DNA of 64,000 nt, taken from Octopus sinensis (Eukaryota). Position numbers and translations under genes: made by a program. Each line of letters starts with the position of its first letter. Within the stretch, counting starts at the first letter, position 1. The notes below the pieces were generated by a model. It saw nothing but the letters and a program-made list of their open reading frames with translations, was not told the origin of the DNA and did no database searches. Location: positions 84,134,001-84,198,000 of the forward strand of contig NC_042998.1 of NCBI RefSeq assembly GCF_006345805.1, written 5' to 3'. Shown piece after piece: positions 36,509-49,510 of this stretch.

Positions 36509-37590
36509 TCATCATCATCATAATCATCGTTTAACGTCCGTTTTCCATGCTGGCATGGGTTGGACGGTTTGACTGAGGACTGGCAAGCCAGTAGGCTGCA
36601 CCAGGGTCCAATCTGATCTGGCAAGATTTCTACAGCCGGATGCCCTTCCCAATGCCAACCACTCCGAGAGTGTAGTAGGTGCTTTTTACGTGCCACCGGC
36701 ACGGAAGCCAGTCAGGCGGCACTGGCATCGGCCACGTTCGGATGGTTCTTTTTTACGCGTCACCGGCACGGGGAGCCAGTCGGACGTCACTGATATCGAC
36801 CTACGCTTGAATGGTGCTTATTACGTGCCACCAGCACGGGTGCCAGTCAGGCGGCACTGGCATCGGCCACGACTACGATCTCCATTTTGATTTCGATATT
36901 ACTTGACTCAATAGGTCTTCTCAAGCACAGCGTGTCGCCAGACAATTCAAGGGTACTTTTAAATGGGCTGGTTATGCGAAACTAGTATCGGCCACGGCTG
37001 TGAGCTCATTTTACTTGCCAAGTCTTCTCAATCACAGCATATCTCCAAAGGTCTCTATCTCTTGTCATTGCTTCCATGAGGCCCAACGTCCGAAGTTCGT
37101 GCTTCACCACCTCGTCCCATGTCTTTTGGGTCTCCCTCTTCCACGAGTTCCTTCCACTTCCAGTTAGTGTGTGACACTTCTTCACACCCTTATCCATACG
37201 CAGCACATGACCATACCAGCGCAGTCGCCTCTCTTGCACACCACATCTGATACTTCTTATGTCCAACTTTTCTCGCAAGGTACTTACACTCTGTCAAGTA
37301 TGCACACTGACATTACACATCCAGTGTATCATACTAGCTTCATTTCTTTCAAGCCTACGTATGTCCTCAACAGTCATGGCCCATGTTTCACTGCTATGTA
37401 GCATGGCTGTTCGCACACATGCATCATACAGTCTACCTATCACTCTGAGCGAGAAGCCTTTTGTTACCAGCAGATGTAGGAGCTCTCTGTACTTTGGTCA
37501 GGCTATTCTTATTCTAATGGCAACGCTCTCAGTGCATCCATCCCCACTACAGACTTGGTCACCTAAGTAACGAAAGCTATCAACTACATT
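36509..37590 (-). mobile_element. RTE-clade LINE 3' fragment with (TGA)n tail
   Basis: VDSFRYLGD, RRLRWYGHVLRMD, TWDEVV..RDRDLWR; tail ggacgttaaacgatgat. Confidence 0.85.
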
Positions 37591-37881
37591 TAGTTTCTCT
37601 CCAATATATATATAGTACAAAGTAAGATAGGGGTTATGGGTGTAACCCAATATGGGATAGCATTTATCCAATATAGCTGTAAGTGATTTTAATGATTTCA
37701 ATAATTTATATTATGACTTTTATAATTTGTATTCTTATCTTATATGTATTGAATTATAAGATATATATGTATGCTATTGATGTTCTCATTTTGTTAAATG
37801 AATAAATAATCCAACATTATAATATCCGAAAGTTGATGAACAAACTAAATTTGTTTCCCCATTTTCTTATTTGTATTATAT

Positions 37882-37931
<50 letters not shown>

Positions 37932-38034
37932 ATATATATACATACATATGTATATATGTATATGTATGTATGTATATACTTAGAAATGGATGCGTGGCGT
38001 TCAGTCAAATAATATAAATAATATATATATATAT

Positions 38035-38310
38035 ATCATCATCATCATCATTTAGCGTCCGTTTTCCATGCTAGCATGGGTTGGACGGTTTAACTGGGGT
38101 CTGTGAAGCCGGAAGGCTTCATCAGGCCCAGTCAGGTTTGGCAGTGTTTCTACGGCTGGATGCTCTTCATAACGCCAACCATTCCGTGAGTGTAGTGGGT
38201 GCTTTTTACGTGCCACCTGCACAGGTGCCAGACAGAGCTGGCAAACGGCCACGAACGGATGGTGTTTTTACGTGCCACCGGCATGGGGGCCAGGCGAGGC
38301 TGGCAACGGA
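38035..38310 (-). mobile_element. RTE-type 3' UTR/tail fragment
   Basis: Same tail as 36509. Confidence 0.75.
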
Positions 38311-38995
38311 CTATATATATATGCACACATATATATATAATTTATATTACATGCATGCATGCATACATACATACATATATACACACACACATATATATAT
38401 ATATATATATTCCAGGCGTGGAAAGCAAATCCCGTCTCTTTTTCTTTTGTATTAAATTAAATCAATTAATACTATTCTAAACCATTTAATATTATTCAGT
38501 AGAGGTTCAGAATTCGGGTATAAAATTTAAGATAGCTAAAGCCATTAAGCTGCAGCGTCAGTAATGAAAGTTACTTCCCTTACATTATACAGTTAAACTG
38601 TAATTATCAACTCCAATTTTTCAATTACATAAAATAACTCCAGCCAATAAGTAATGAACCTAACCTCTTTAATCAATACATTGCACTAGATGTTCTCCTC
38701 ATACTTGCAATCTCCGTGGCTTTGATGTTGTTAATAGTGGCTTAATAATCTACGCATTAATGGTTATATATTTTCAGAATAATTAAAATGTCTAGATACT
38801 AAAGCTAAAATATTTTACTTTGAAAATCAGTTTGAATGAAACTAAAGTTTCTTTGAAGATTTTCAAAATAGTAATTGTAAGACATTAGAAATACTGCGAA
38901 AACATATAAAAGAATCATGTTTTCCTCGTAATTCTTTTTCTCCCTGGATTTATGCATTCAAAGTTGATTTAAAAGTAACAAGAAAGCCTTTACGC

Positions 38996-39234
38996 CTGTG
39001 GTTCTCAGCAATTTTTTACCTATGGATCCTTTTGGCTCTTATTCTACTTGGATGGACTTCCATAGCCATTCGATGTTTAAAAAGTCCTTTTATATTTTTG
39101 TAAGTAAATATTATCAGGAATTATTTATTGAAAAATTGTTAAAATGTTTTGTGTGTTATTGTAAGAGAATACCCAATTTATTACACATAAATTTTAGCAA
39201 TGAAATCTTAGATCATAAGGACCCTGGTTGAGAA
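38996..39234. mobile_element. Possible hAT-type MITE
   Basis: ctgtggttctcagc ... ggaccctggttgagaa imperfect TIRs. Confidence 0.4.
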
Positions 39235-39886
39235 AAATGATATCGCTTCAATGGCAGCTATTTTGGCTTCACACACCTATGCTCTTTCCAAAACTTGCAC
39301 CATAACCCCCTCAAAAGTTTCAGACCCCGCCCCACACTTCTCCGATTTCTCTATTGATGTTCTCCTTCAGTTGCACCAAGGTCTCCAGCTGGGTTAGTCA
39401 AGTCTGGGGCCAGTTGACATTGCCGTACTGGGAGATTATTCTCTCTCCAAAGCAGTGCCATAGCAACTGTACTGTTTCTCTTGCGGTATGAGCAGTTGCC
39501 CCATCTTGAGGGCACTATGTGTGAGGTCTTCTTTGAATAGCCTACATGTTCCCCAGATTTTTTTGTGAGGATACCTGCTAGAGAGGGTTTGCGTCAACAA
39601 ATCAGAGACCTTGGTGCAACTGAAGGAGAAATTAGAGGAGTGGGGCCTGAAAGTCTTGAGGGTGTTATGGTACAAGTTTTGGGAAGAACACGGGCGTGCG
39701 AAGCTGAAAATGGCTACCATTTAAGCGATGTCATTTTTCGTGTGACGTAGTAGTGTTGCAAATTTGACTTGTGCATATTAATTTCCATTATGTCCTTTAT
39801 ACCGTTTCAAAATTTCATGCATTTATTTGTAAAGTTAAGGAAGTTATTAAAAATTGAAACCCATCAGTGACTTTTGGGACACCCTA
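39235..39886. mobile_element. Tc1/mariner remnant with an inverted duplication of the transposase C-terminus
   Basis: ETLVQLKE...VMVQVL.R...CEA.NG.HLSD.IF occurs on both strands (39235-39395 minus, 39605-39745 plus). The right end is ttttgggacacccta followed by TA. Confidence 0.6.
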
Positions 39887-40753
39887 TACTCGTTGGATTG
39901 CAGCCAACTTGTGGCATTAGTACTTTATTTATTAAAGTTAGATACTTATTCCACAGGTTTCTTTTGCCGACAATTTACAGTAAACAAACGTAAACAAACA
40001 CACACGTGCAATATACACCCATAAAAATATTTAAAACAGGATTTAGAAACTTTGATAATTCCTCTTAGGAACGGTGAATCTCGAAGAAAATAAAGCTATA
40101 AATAATAGCGTGTAAATATTAGTTTGAAATAAGTTGAGATAAAGGGCTTCCATACATTTTCTATCTACCAAATTCACTTACAAGAGATTGCTTGCAAGGT
40201 TATTATAGAAAACACTTCTTCAAGGGCCGCACGAGGGGACTGAGCCTGAAATTACGTGGTTGCAAAAAGAACTTCCTAACAACACAAGCATTCCGTGTCT
40301 AAATATTGTATTAGCTTTACTAACATGATATTGAACTTTTCAAATATACCTCTTCGTAGGAAATGCTGCGCTGATTTGTAGAGGGAGAGAAATGCTGTTG
40401 ATTGGCGAAATACGCATTTTATAATGTGAATTTATAAAGGGAGATAACTCTTCATTCACTTTTCTAACATAGCATTACATAAAATACGTGTTGATATGTG
40501 ACGAATTTCATCATCATCGCTTAAAGTCAGCTTCCATGCTGACATGAGTGGGAACCCTTTACCGAAACATTACATTGTGATTTTGATAAACATATAATGC
40601 ATTGTTTGCTAGATAGATGTCCTGCAGTAATTTGCGCAAGCATATAATTAATAGAAAAATCCATCCGAAAGTAGACATATTTCTATAATATATATTTGTT
40701 CAATCTATGCCAGCATAGAAAACGGATATTAAAATTATTATATACATACACAC

Positions 40754-40787
<34 letters not shown>

Positions 40788-40974
40788 ATGTGATTCTACT
40801 GCTTCAGATCTTAAGTGATTTGGAGTAAGAATTGAAAGCAACGTCAATATATTAAAATCTGCCATCCAAATAGCAATTCAAAATGTTTTAGAATTTTTTC
40901 CATGTCAAGAAGTCAAACAAGTTATTAAATATTTTAATATTTAAAAAAGAGATAACATGACCAAATACAATATA

Positions 40975-41343
40975 CCCAGTATATTCTGTACCGGCGTTTG
41001 GCGACGGACTTGGTAAACACCCACAAAGTTATCAACCACCTCACCAACAACAACACTGAACACCTTTTTGATCTCCATGTGTCTAACACACGTGGACATG
41101 CCTACAAAGTCAGAAAACAATACAGCTCCCATGACTTTCGGAAACATTTTTTCACGCTCAGAGTTGCTGAAGCATGGAATAAACTGCCTGCGTCAGTTGT
41201 TGACTGCCATGACACTGCATCTTTTAAGGCCCTCATGCTTTCCGAAATCCGCCAAAACTACACCTGATTATATATACACTTTAGATGAGTTGTAGTGCAC
41301 CTGAGCACTGTACACAATTATTATTATTATTATTATTATTATA
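40975..41343 (+). mobile_element. CR1/L2-group LINE 3' end with (ATT)n tail
   Basis: TRGHAYKVRK..RKHFFTLRVAEAWNKLP..VV....FK. Confidence 0.85.
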
Positions 41344-42475
41344 AGTGGTTGGTGTCAGGAAGGGCATCCAATTGTAGAAACCTTGCCAAAATTGGAGCAT
41401 CCACTCAACACCTAGACCTACAGGCTGTCAAAAGAGCAATAATTCCAAATAAGGGATCAGCCCATGCCAGTATAGAAAGCAAACAATATCTACCCTATGT
41501 TGAGTTCAATTACCCAATGTTTTCAAGAGAAACATGAAGGACAGTTTTTTCATATATCTTATGGACCAGGACACTGCATGTGTGATGCTACCTGAGGTCA
41601 TTGGATATTTGGAGTCATTCAGCAATTATACACCTAGCCAGTATTGGTCAAGTCCCAGTTTGTGTCCAATAGGCACTACTCCATCCAGGGTTCACGTTTG
41701 ATTCAGTCGCCTGTCATCTTCTGTCACCACAGTTAACCTGACTCCCTTTCACTTATTGGTCCCTATGATGCTCAGCATGCTGCAAGTTCTACTGAAAGGG
41801 ATCATCTGTGAACCCCTCACATCCCACCTCAATGGATCCACATCTTGCTTGCCATCTTTTGCTTCAACATAACTCCACCAGATCAGCATACACTGATCTC
41901 TTCCTCTCACCTCTTCGATAAAGTTCTCTCATGAAATGGAAACTTCTAACAGAACCACCAGCTTGGATGCTTCAGAGATCAGCACCACATTTGGCCTAAA
42001 CGATGTTGAAGCAGACAGACACAAAACAAATGTAGTATTAAAAAGCAATTGCTTTTTAGATTTCAGTGTTCAAGATGTAACCAGCTTTTGCTAAAATTTC
42101 AACACGCTAATGGGCTAGATTCAAATCAGACATAACTAGCTAGATCTAAAAACATAATGAAATGTGCTTATAAGAGAAAAGAAAGAAATGAAAGTAAAAG
42201 ACCATTAAGAAAAAAATTGTTTAATAAGATTTTCACCAAAAAATGTTAGTTTTTAAATACAATATATATGAACATTTTTCATTATGTACATATGGCCGAG
42301 AGAGAGAAAAAAAAACAATTAAAAACATGAAATTATAACTTGCATTGAATTTTTAAAATTGTTTAAATATAGTTCTTGAGCTGATCAATCTTGAAACACC
42401 AACACACACACAAACATTCATGACTTTTTTTTTTAGTTTCTTTTTTTACTTTCTCAATGATGTGTAATGAAATTT

Positions 42476-43933
42476 TCATCCAACATTAGACTTTGTGTAG
42501 TAAAGAGTACCAAACACTGATGTGGTAAACCAAGCAGCTATAATCCACCAATTCAAAAATGACAGTAATCCACGATACCAAATGGAAGTAAAGATACCAC
42601 GAATGTTTGCTATAGCTGTTGTCACCTGGGCCACAGGATCTGCATGAGTGTTATTCAATTGCGAAAGTAGTGTCGTTGGTTTCATGACATGTTCTACACC
42701 TAAGATGCTCTCCCAAGAGTAATCACCCAAAGTCTTCAACAGAAACGTTAGGAACAATACAAGTAGAATCGGTGTGAAGTACTGAAGAGCCACAAAACAA
42801 AGATAATAGTAAACCCGAGCAATCATCTTCTGGATTTCAATGTTTGAGATACGGCCACTCTCCTTGCGCATAATTTCAACACGTTCATACGCTAGATTCA
42901 AATGGGACTGTAGATATGTACTCATAAGGCCAAAGCGTAACAGAAAAAAAACAGCTATAACTATTAGGCGAGTTGTTTCAAATGCTGATTCACTCATAAT
43001 TTTTGCAGGAGTTCGCCAATGAAGTCCACATAAAAGATCTCGAGCCACTGGCTTCACCCACATTAATAAAATAAACATTGGAAAAACAAAACTGATGTAG
43101 AGAAATGACTGTAAAATAGGCTGACCTTGACTATAGTTTAGAGCATCAACATGCATCTTACCTAAACGAAGTCCAGGAAAAGTGACAAATGCTCCTATAA
43201 AGGCGCATAAAATAGCAAGTATTATTTTGAAAGTTAAAAGGCTTATCGGCCCCTCAGATCCTACCCCTTGTTCTTTCATGAAGACCATAGCGTTTTCTGA
43301 GAAATTTTTATAACCTTTCTCCAAGCCAAATTCCAAGTTATCTTCACTGACAATTAACACTCCCATTGCTGCCACCAAAAAGAAAAATGAGAAAGTGATG
43401 CAGAGAATTCTTTCACCACCATCTTCGGTTTGAAAATAAACAGAAGTCTGCATAAGGAGGATTCTAAAACAGAACCCAAGAACCAACAAACACCAGAGGA
43501 TGCTGACATTTAGCTCTGATCGAGATAATACAGAATAATAAATCTCTGTTATAATGTAGACAATCAAAGCACATAATGAAAAATCCATGAGCCACTGAAA
43601 TTCACCAAAATAGTGGAGTGGTAAAAGATCTTTGGCTTCAACCTTGGCAGTCTCTAAGGTAAAAGAAACACTCCGAGGTACAGTAAAAGACTCCGTTTTT
43701 ACTGCTTCTTGGTTGTTATTCCGTCGATAATCCCTTCGATGTCTTGCTTTTGTTCCTCCACCTCCACTCGAGGGTATTCCAGCAGCAGTCTTTAGTTCTT
43801 CATTTGTAGGATGGAGGTAACGTACCAGACGATTTGACAGAATCCACCTCCCAAACGAGTAATAGCGAGACAGTTTGTACAGAAATGTAAAAGCTATTAA
43901 GCTAAAAATCATCTGCAAACCAAGAACAGCCAT
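42476..43933 (-). CDS. TMEM161B: Transmembrane protein 161 (TMEM161A/B family), 485 aa, uninterrupted CDS
   Basis: Recognised family motifs: YSFGRWIL..RYLHPTNEELK, F.LETAKV....LHYF.EFQWLMDF, GGER..C..F.FFF, TFPGLR, LQSHLN.A, RVYYYLC.VALQY..P. Multiple hydrophobic segments. A/B paralogue label is by resemblance only. Confidence 0.92.
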   Translation of the reverse strand: MAVLGLQMIFSLIAFTFLYKLSRYYSFGRWILSNRLVRYLHPTNEELKTAAGIPSSGGGGTKARHRRDYRRNNNQEAVKTESFTVPRSVSFTLETAKVEAKDLLPLHYFGEFQWLMDFSLCALIVYIITEIYYSVLSRSELNVSILWCLLVLGFCFRILLMQTSVYFQTEDGGERILCITFSFFFLVAAMGVLIVSEDNLEFGLEKGYKNFSENAMVFMKEQGVGSEGPISLLTFKIILAILCAFIGAFVTFPGLRLGKMHVDALNYSQGQPILQSFLYISFVFPMFILLMWVKPVARDLLCGLHWRTPAKIMSESAFETTRLIVIAVFFLLRFGLMSTYLQSHLNLAYERVEIMRKESGRISNIEIQKMIARVYYYLCFVALQYFTPILLVLFLTFLLKTLGDYSWESILGVEHVMKPTTLLSQLNNTHADPVAQVTTAIANIRGIFTSIWYRGLLSFLNWWIIAAWFTTSVFGTLYYTKSNVG

Positions 43934-43952
43934 GTTTCTAAACTTCCAAAAC

Positions 43953-43973
43953 TTAACCAGCCAATGACATCAT
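43953..43973 (-). promoter_or_regulatory. Short upstream ORF (MMSLAG*) in the TMEM161 5' UTR
   Basis: ATGATGTCATTGGCTGGTTAA ends 19 nt before the main ATG. Confidence 0.4.
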
Positions 43974-43980
43974 GGGAAAT

Positions 43981-44010
43981 CTACAAAATAAAAAACATGA
44001 AAAGAAAATA
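43981..44010 (-). promoter_or_regulatory. Putative 3' splice site of a 5'-UTR intron
   Basis: tattttcttttcatgttttttattttgtAG|atttccc, 47 nt upstream of the ATG. Confidence 0.6.
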
Positions 44011-44869
44011 CTTTAATTAACAAAATATACAATAATTGTATTTGGCAAATTCTTAACAGTTGAATAATCATAATATTGCATTGACAAATTAAACAATAAT
44101 ATACATGTGATTGGTAAGCCAAATCCTTGCCTTCCTAACATGGTTTTAGGTTCAATCCCACTACATGGTACCTAGAGCAAGTAGTCTTCTATGACAGCCC
44201 CTTGTGGACCAAAGCCTTGTGAGTGGATTTCGAAGATGGAAACTGAAAGAAAACTGACGTGTGTGTGTTTGTGTGAGGGGGGGGGGTGAATGTGTGTGTG
44301 TAAATGTTACTGTTGCCTTGCCTTGACATCATGTGATAGTTGTAAGCAAGTGTCATCTTCATATAAGTGGTGTCCTTCATTTCTTAGAGAAATATTACCT
44401 TACTTGGAAACAGGTGAGAGATGGTGACAAGAAGGGCATCTAGCTGTACAAAATTTGCTTCAACAAATTCCATCCAACCCATGCAAGCATAGAAATATGG
44501 ACATTAATACGATGATGATGGTGATACTCAATAAACGATTTTCAAAGTTTTTATATATACAACATACTGATGTTCCAAACAGTTACATTAATTCTAAAGC
44601 AATGTAGTGAAATAGTGTAGAGAAAGATAGTCTTTTGGGGACATAAGCCTTTATCATTCAGATTACTCAAATGTCAAATGTAAAGCTTATTTATTCACAT
44701 TGCTTTGAACTAATCTCACATTGTTTTGTAGCTTTGAGATTTTGATGATCTGAATGTTTATTTTTTTAGACTGACATTTTAGCATAGGCGTGAGAAGTTG
44801 AATCTGGTCAGTTTGAACATAAAACAAGTGAGATATTTTGGCCAGACATGAGTTAAGACTCATTAAAAC

Positions 44870-45490
44870 ATCATCATCATCATTTAGTGTCTGTTTTCTA
44901 TTCTGGTATGGATTAGACAGTTTGAGTGAAACTGATCAGCCAGAGAGCTGTACCAAACTCCAGTCTGATTTTGGCTTGGCTTCTTTGGTTGAATGCACTT
45001 CCTAATACCAACCACTCCAGGAGTGGAGTGGGTGCCTTTTACAAGTCACCTTCACGGGTGCCTTTTACATGTCACCATCACGGGTGCCTTTTTATGTGTC
45101 ACCGGCACAATCCATGACCATAATTTCACCTGGTCTGACGAGTCTTCTCAGGCACAGTAAACTACCAAATGTCTCAGTCATTTGTCATCGCTTCCGTGAG
45201 ACCCTACATACAAGGATCATGCTTCACCATCTCAATCCATGTCTTTCTGGGTCTACCTCTTCCACAGGATTCCTCCACAATTAGGAGTCAGCAGTTATAC
45301 AGCTGTCCTTGTACATATGCATCGCATAACCATACCAGCTCAGTTGTCTCTCTTGCACACCTCATCAGATGCTTAATATTTCCTTCAAGATGCTTACACT
45401 CTCCTGTACATACAAACTGACACTGCACATCCAGTGAAGCATATTAGCTTCATTTCTTTCAAGCCTTCGCATGTCCTCTGCAGTCACAGC
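44870..45490 (-). mobile_element. RTE-clade 3' fragment, CpG-decayed
   Basis: Homologous to 36509-37400, with (TGA)n tail. Confidence 0.7.
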
Positions 45491-47789
45491 CTATGTATCC
45501 CCACTAGCATTTGATGGAATCTATTTTCTGTACATTTCTTGTGTCTATTGTACCTGTACATCTGCCACACACAAAGACTATTTTCCCTGTTAACCTTCCT
45601 CTGATATTGCTGCACCTCTTATATGTCCATAGCTTGCACCTGGTACACCTTAAAATAAATTCAGCATTCAAAATAATTCATGTAAATGAGCTGGTATCCT
45701 AACAAACTATTTTATTAGGATGCCTGAAAACCTAATGGGGAAAGCGAGTGGAAATTATGAATAAATTTTATTTTATGACAAATCTTTCACTAAAATAACA
45801 TTGAAAACTTAATGCTCTATTACCACCATTTCTACCTATGACTATAATGAATATGTAATTACATTATTTTCGATGTTAATTTATTTACAAATTGGTTTTA
45901 ATTTGTTGGTAGCGATTCACCTTGGAAAGACAAAGCACAGCATTTTCTTTCCAGGAATTTCCTTCAGAATCAAATAACATCTATAATTATGTGATATATT
46001 TTATTAATCTATTCATGAACTAACTACTCAACTAATTAATAATAAAACTGGAATTTAATACAACCAGTTCACGTGGTTTAATTGGTAATGTAACCTAACT
46101 GACGACGCCAATTTCTCCTTAAAATACTGTTGAAAGAATTATCTCCCTTAGACTGCTTTACGTTAAGACGGGGAGCAACACAAACCGATTTTTTTTTTTA
46201 CAACACATACCTAATTATATTTCTCAAATATATATAATTAAATACATATCAATACGTATGTATTCACACACAAAGATTCATATATATTTTCAAGAAAACA
46301 CACGGAAGAGAGTTTTGTAGAAAATGTAAAGTTTACAAATCTGTTGAAAAAAGTCTACCTTCACTAGAATCAATATAATCGAAAATGCTTGAAAGTAGCT
46401 CCCAGACATGAAAGCTGTCCAATGACAGATTATTACTAGTGCATAATCTTAAAGCTTGCAAAACCTCCAGCCAACCGCTTCTGCTCACCTTGAATCTTGG
46501 GGAGCCACGAGGACGACTGATCGCTACTATTTATCTTTTTGCGGTTCCTGTTGATCATTTTCTCTCTCCTAAATGCGTAGTTCCACTACAAGAGCATTCT
46601 CTGCGCCACCCAACCCCTCTTTTTTCAATACCTCATTACCAAGCATAAAGCCCCTTTTCCACTTCCTCAGGGTTCGTAGTCTTGATAACTGCATGGTAAC
46701 CTCAAAAGTGCTGGTAGCATGAATACTAACGCTGTCAAGTGGTTACCATTAGGAAGAACAATCAGCCTCGAAACCATGCCAAAGCAGACACTGAAGCACT
46801 GCTTGCAGTCCATGGACCCATCGGATTCTTGTCAAACCGTCCAGCTTACGCCAGCATGGAACAGGGATGTTTAAAGATGATATCTTCTTTGACCTGTAAG
46901 CTTTATCATACCATCTATATACACTTCTTACTTCAACTAATAAGTAACTGAATTCTATTATTACTGAATAAACATCTATTTTAGTTACTCAATCTGGGCG
47001 ATAATTTGATAGAATCATTAGAGCATTGGATAAAATGCTTTGGAATATTTTTTCCAGCACCTTATGTTCCAAATTCAAATCCTACAGACATCAATTATGC
47101 TTTTCCTATTAAACTGACCCCAGTCAAGTACTGGGGTCAATTTCATCAACTAAATTCTCTATTGATATTTCTGAGCTTGCACTTATATCAAATTCCGAGT
47201 TCAAATCCCACAAAATCAACTTTGCCTTTCATCTCCTGGGTCGATAGCATAAAGTACAGTCAAGTAATGAGGTCATTACTCATTTAACCTATCTCACCCA
47301 AATTTCAAGCTTTGTACCTAAGATCAATAGCATAAAGAACCAATCAAATACTGAGGTCACATTAATCTACCAACCTCTAACTCAAGATTTCTAGTGTTAT
47401 ACCTATGTTTGAAACAATATCACTTACTCGACTTCGTCAACTATTGCAGTTGCAAAACAAATTCTGACAAAGGCTGGATATAATTGTATTAACTTTGCTG
47501 CATTCCTGTCTGTTATCAAGCTATCCTTTACTTAGAATGGCTCACTCTATTCTACATACTATTTCAACACATCTATATTTAAGTAAATGGTGAGTTAACA
47601 TGTCACCCAGAAAACTACTTGCAGTTGCTATGTTTACTTACGTAATTCTGTACAAGAGATACAATTGTTAAATTGAACAATAGATTCTTTTCAAAAGTAG
47701 ATCAGTGTCCAAAAGAATTTGGTAGCCAGAAACTGTAGAATCCGCTTACGCGTGTGTGCATACACAAACACATACACACACATTCTTTT

Positions 47790-48075
47790 AGTCTTTTACT
47801 TGTTTCAGTCATTTGACTGCAGCCATGCTGGAGCACTGCCTTTACTTGAACAAATTGACCCCAAGACTTATTCTTTGTAAGCTTAGTACTTATTCTTTCA
47901 GTCTCTTTTGCCAAGCTGCTAAGTTACAGGGATGTAAACACATCAGTTGTCAAGCGATGGTGGGACACACACGCATATATATAAATGACGGGCTTCTTTC
48001 AGGCTTTGGTCAGCCTGAGGCTATAGAAGACACTTGCCTAAGGTTCCATACAGTGGGACTGAACCTGAAACCACT
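47790..48075 (-). mobile_element. SINE family C, CpG-decayed
   Basis: gactgcagccatgctggagcactgcc versus gactgcggccatgctggagcaccgcc at 36131. Confidence 0.75.
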
Positions 48076-48536
48076 GGCAACAACCACACTTGAATGATGT
48101 TTTTCACGTGCCACCAGCACATGTGCCGGTAAGGCAAGCTGGCAACGATCACGCTTGAATGGTGCTTTTCACAAAACAAAATTGAAATGGAACACAAAAA
48201 AAAAATCCTTCTCCTCAATATTGTATCACTGCCTCAAGTCAACTAGTGAGATTATGTAATTACTCAGGGTGCAAGAAATAGCAGTTAAATTCCCCTCAAA
48301 TCAAGATTTACTGTTACAAATTGAAGAACACATTAACAAATATGGTCCTGGATATAGTCCAAAAAATATAACATGGCCACATCTAGAATGTCCTAGAACA
48401 AAACTGATCATCAGTCTGCCTTAATGGCAGACAGATTCAGAGACTCAAAATTGATAATCTACAAAAAGCAAGTTTCACTAACCCTAAACTAAAATTCAGA
48501 GAAGCAATATAAAACCAATATATTTCCTATCATAAG

Positions 48537-48750
48537 GGGGCAAGCTGGCAGAAATGTTAGCACACTGGGCGAAATGCTTAGCAGTGTTTCGTCTGTCTTT
48601 ACATACTGAGTTCAAATTCCAACGAAGTTGACTTTGCCTTTCATCCTTTCAGGGTCGATAAATTAAGTACCAGTTGCATACTGGGGTTGATCTAATCTAC
48701 TGGCCCTCTCCCCAAAATTTTCGGGCCTTGTGCCTAGAGTACAAAAGAAT
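48537..48750 (+). mobile_element. MetaSINE-like copy with standard tail
   Basis: Full head-to-tail copy ending ccttgtgcctagagtacaaaagaat. Confidence 0.8.
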
Positions 48751-48879
48751 ATATTTCCTATCATTAAATATTTCCTTATTTTTTCATATTAGAATGGTTC
48801 CTAGGATAGTATCCTCCAATATAGCCCCAAGCCAATCAAAACTTAGGGAGTGGATTCAGTAGACAGAAACTGAAAGAAA

Positions 48880-49092
48880 CCTAGCTGGCAGAAACGTTAG
48901 CACGCCAGGCGAAATGCTTAGTGGTATTTCGTCTGTCTTTACGTTCTGAGTTCAAAATCTGACGAGGTCGACTTTGCCTTTCATCCTTTTAGGGTCGATA
49001 AATTAAAGTACCAGTTGGATAATGAGGTCAATCTAATCTACTGGCCCCTTCCCCAAATATTTCAGGCCTTGTGCCTAGAGTCGAAAAGATTA
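48880..49092 (+). mobile_element. MetaSINE-like copy with standard tail
   Basis: Same structure as 48537-48750. Confidence 0.8.
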
Positions 49093-49277
49093 TCTTTTAT
49101 TTGTTTGTCATTAGACTGCTGGGGTGCTGCCTTAGAGAACTTTGGCTGAGAAAAAAAAAAAATCGATCCAGTACTTTCTATTGATGTCTTTTGTTGAACT
49201 GTTAAGTTATAGGCACATAAATACACCAACACCAGTTAAGAGATGATGGGGGACAAACATTGATACACATACACACA

Positions 49278-49510
49278 CAGGGTGCTGTAGAAGGGTTGCC
49301 CCGATTTCAAAGGTTAATGAAAAACAAAAACATGAAGATGCATGTAAAAACTTTGTATTTCTATGAAGTTCATTAAATGCTATTTTTTTTTCTATTTTAG
49401 GCAGTACCCACCATGGCCTGGAGTGGAGAGCATCATTTTTTTCTTGAATCTTCATGTGTTTGTTTTTTCATTAATCTTTGAAATTGGGGAAAACTTTCTG
49501 CCGCACCCTT
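49278..49510. mobile_element. Tc1/mariner-type MITE
   Basis: ~60-bp imperfect TIRs cagggtgc...ccgatttcaaaggttaatgaaaaac / gttttttcattaatctttgaaattgggg...gcaccctt. Confidence 0.65.

Noticed and set aside
37820-37865. TTGATGA hairpin, and GAAA-stem on the opposite strand, resembling a hammerhead
   Set aside because: The two core halves are not on the same strand.
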